Assembly (NCBI GenBank): GCA_012862495.1
Contig: BLSG01000001.1
Span: 51,283-71,282 of the forward strand
Direction: 5' to 3'
From: Thraustochytrium aureum
Taxonomy: Eukaryota
Length of the DNA stretch: 20,000 nucleotides
Shown: positions 19,090 to 20,000 of the stretch, one piece after another
How positions within the stretch are numbered: the first letter of the stretch is position 1
How the letters are laid out: each line of letters begins with the position of its first letter
The notes under the pieces: generated by a model
Told to the model about the DNA's origin: nothing
The model's database searches: none
Seen by the model: only the letters and a program-made list of their open reading frames with translations
Translations under genes and position numbers: made by a program

Positions 19090-19995
19090 TCATTCTGCTT
19101 CAATTCCAAGGTCGGGCTGCACGCCTGGCAGGTCCCAGTCAACGTCAAAGCTGCAGCCAAGCGCAGCAGCCGCCAAGGCGGCCCCTGAGAGGATGCTCGT
19201 CAACGACACCGCCTCCTCCGCGGTGGTGCGGGGCCCGGCGCTGCCTTCCCACACACACTGCACCTGGCAGCGCGCCCCCCTGCCCCGCCCTTGGCTTTTA
19301 ACGTGCCGGGAGACCGCGGTTGCACCAATGAGCTCGACGCATTCGCGCGCCTCCTCCTTGGACAGGCCACACTTTGTTGCATATGCCTCGGCGACCTCCT
19401 CGTCGGTCAGCTCTTTGCGCGGATTGGGCCGCGCCGCCTCTGGGTCGACCTGCTCGACGCGGACACGAAGCCGGCCGCCTGGCGCCGCGACAGCGCCGGT
19501 GCTCGCGCCGGCGCTCGCGGTGGGCGTCTTGTGCCCAAGCTGCTCGCCGCCCTGGGCGCCTTGCTCGTTCGCAAACATGGGCCGCGTCGACGAGAGCGTT
19601 TCGCAAGCGAGGTCTTCTAAGACTGTTCGGATAAACGTTTTGGGGGCGCCCCACACTCGCAGCGCCTGGATCTCGCGTGCGATGCGCTCGTCGCAGGTCG
19701 GGCGCCGGCGAGAAGGGTCGTGCACAATCTCGTGCAGTTCCGCAACGAGGGAGATCACCTGGTCGGCGTTGAGGACCAGCTTGCCGTCCTCGCGCCTGTG
19801 CAGCCCGTGGCCGTCCGCTGCGAGTTTGAATCGTTTCGAGTTGCGCGAGTCGGTGTGCGAGTCGCGCAGCGCAATGACGTGCTCCTCAAATCGCCGCTTG
19901 CTCAGCACGCGGCCCCTGCCGCTCTTCTCCATGCTGTCCACGTACGCCTCTACTTGCCGCAGTTGGCTGGGCAACGGCGCCTGCTCGCCCCTCAT
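19090..19995 (-). CDS. Hypothetical protein, 301 aa, with a weak integrase-Zn-binding-like N-terminal region and a chromo-like C-terminal region
   Basis: Long ORF with high GC3; LHRREDGKLVL..QVISLVAELHEIVH...WGAPKTFIRTVL...C and VSRH...VQCVWEG....TTAEE..SL; the start may lie beyond the window. Confidence 0.6.
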   Translation of the reverse strand: MRGEQAPLPSQLRQVEAYVDSMEKSGRGRVLSKRRFEEHVIALRDSHTDSRNSKRFKLAADGHGLHRREDGKLVLNADQVISLVAELHEIVHDPSRRRPTCDERIAREIQALRVWGAPKTFIRTVLEDLACETLSSTRPMFANEQGAQGGEQLGHKTPTASAGASTGAVAAPGGRLRVRVEQVDPEAARPNPRKELTDEEVAEAYATKCGLSKEEARECVELIGATAVSRHVKSQGRGRGARCQVQCVWEGSAGPRTTAEEAVSLTSILSGAALAAAALGCSFDVDWDLPGVQPDLGIEAE

Positions 19996-20000
19996 GATGC

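Noticed and set aside
1..20000. Prokaryotic operon, defence system, rRNA or tRNA genes
   Set aside because: Spliceosomal introns and eukaryotic gene families present; no RNA-gene signatures seen by eye

Overview
GC-rich (about 60-65% by eye), gene-dense eukaryotic draft scaffold with few short GT-AG introns and four N gaps (4010-4820, 6750-7684, 9429-10054, 17060-17663). Composition, intron signals and CAAG-ATG start context suggest a protist such as a thraustochytrid-like stramenopile, which is an inference only. Recognisable genes are a FUN14/EF-hand membrane protein, two paralogous 16-Cys secreted/GPI-type proteins, a bacterial-type (PLD/HKD) cardiolipin synthase, an F5/8-type-C-like protein, a ~1000-aa protein resembling a catalytically degenerate Sola3-type DNA transposase, an RDM1 homolog, and several unknown ORFs. 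Several genes are broken by single-base -1 frameshifts, four of which fit the same NNG|TG context. The most likely cause is a sequencing undercall, but this needs checking. All family calls come from motif recognition by eye; no database searches were run.
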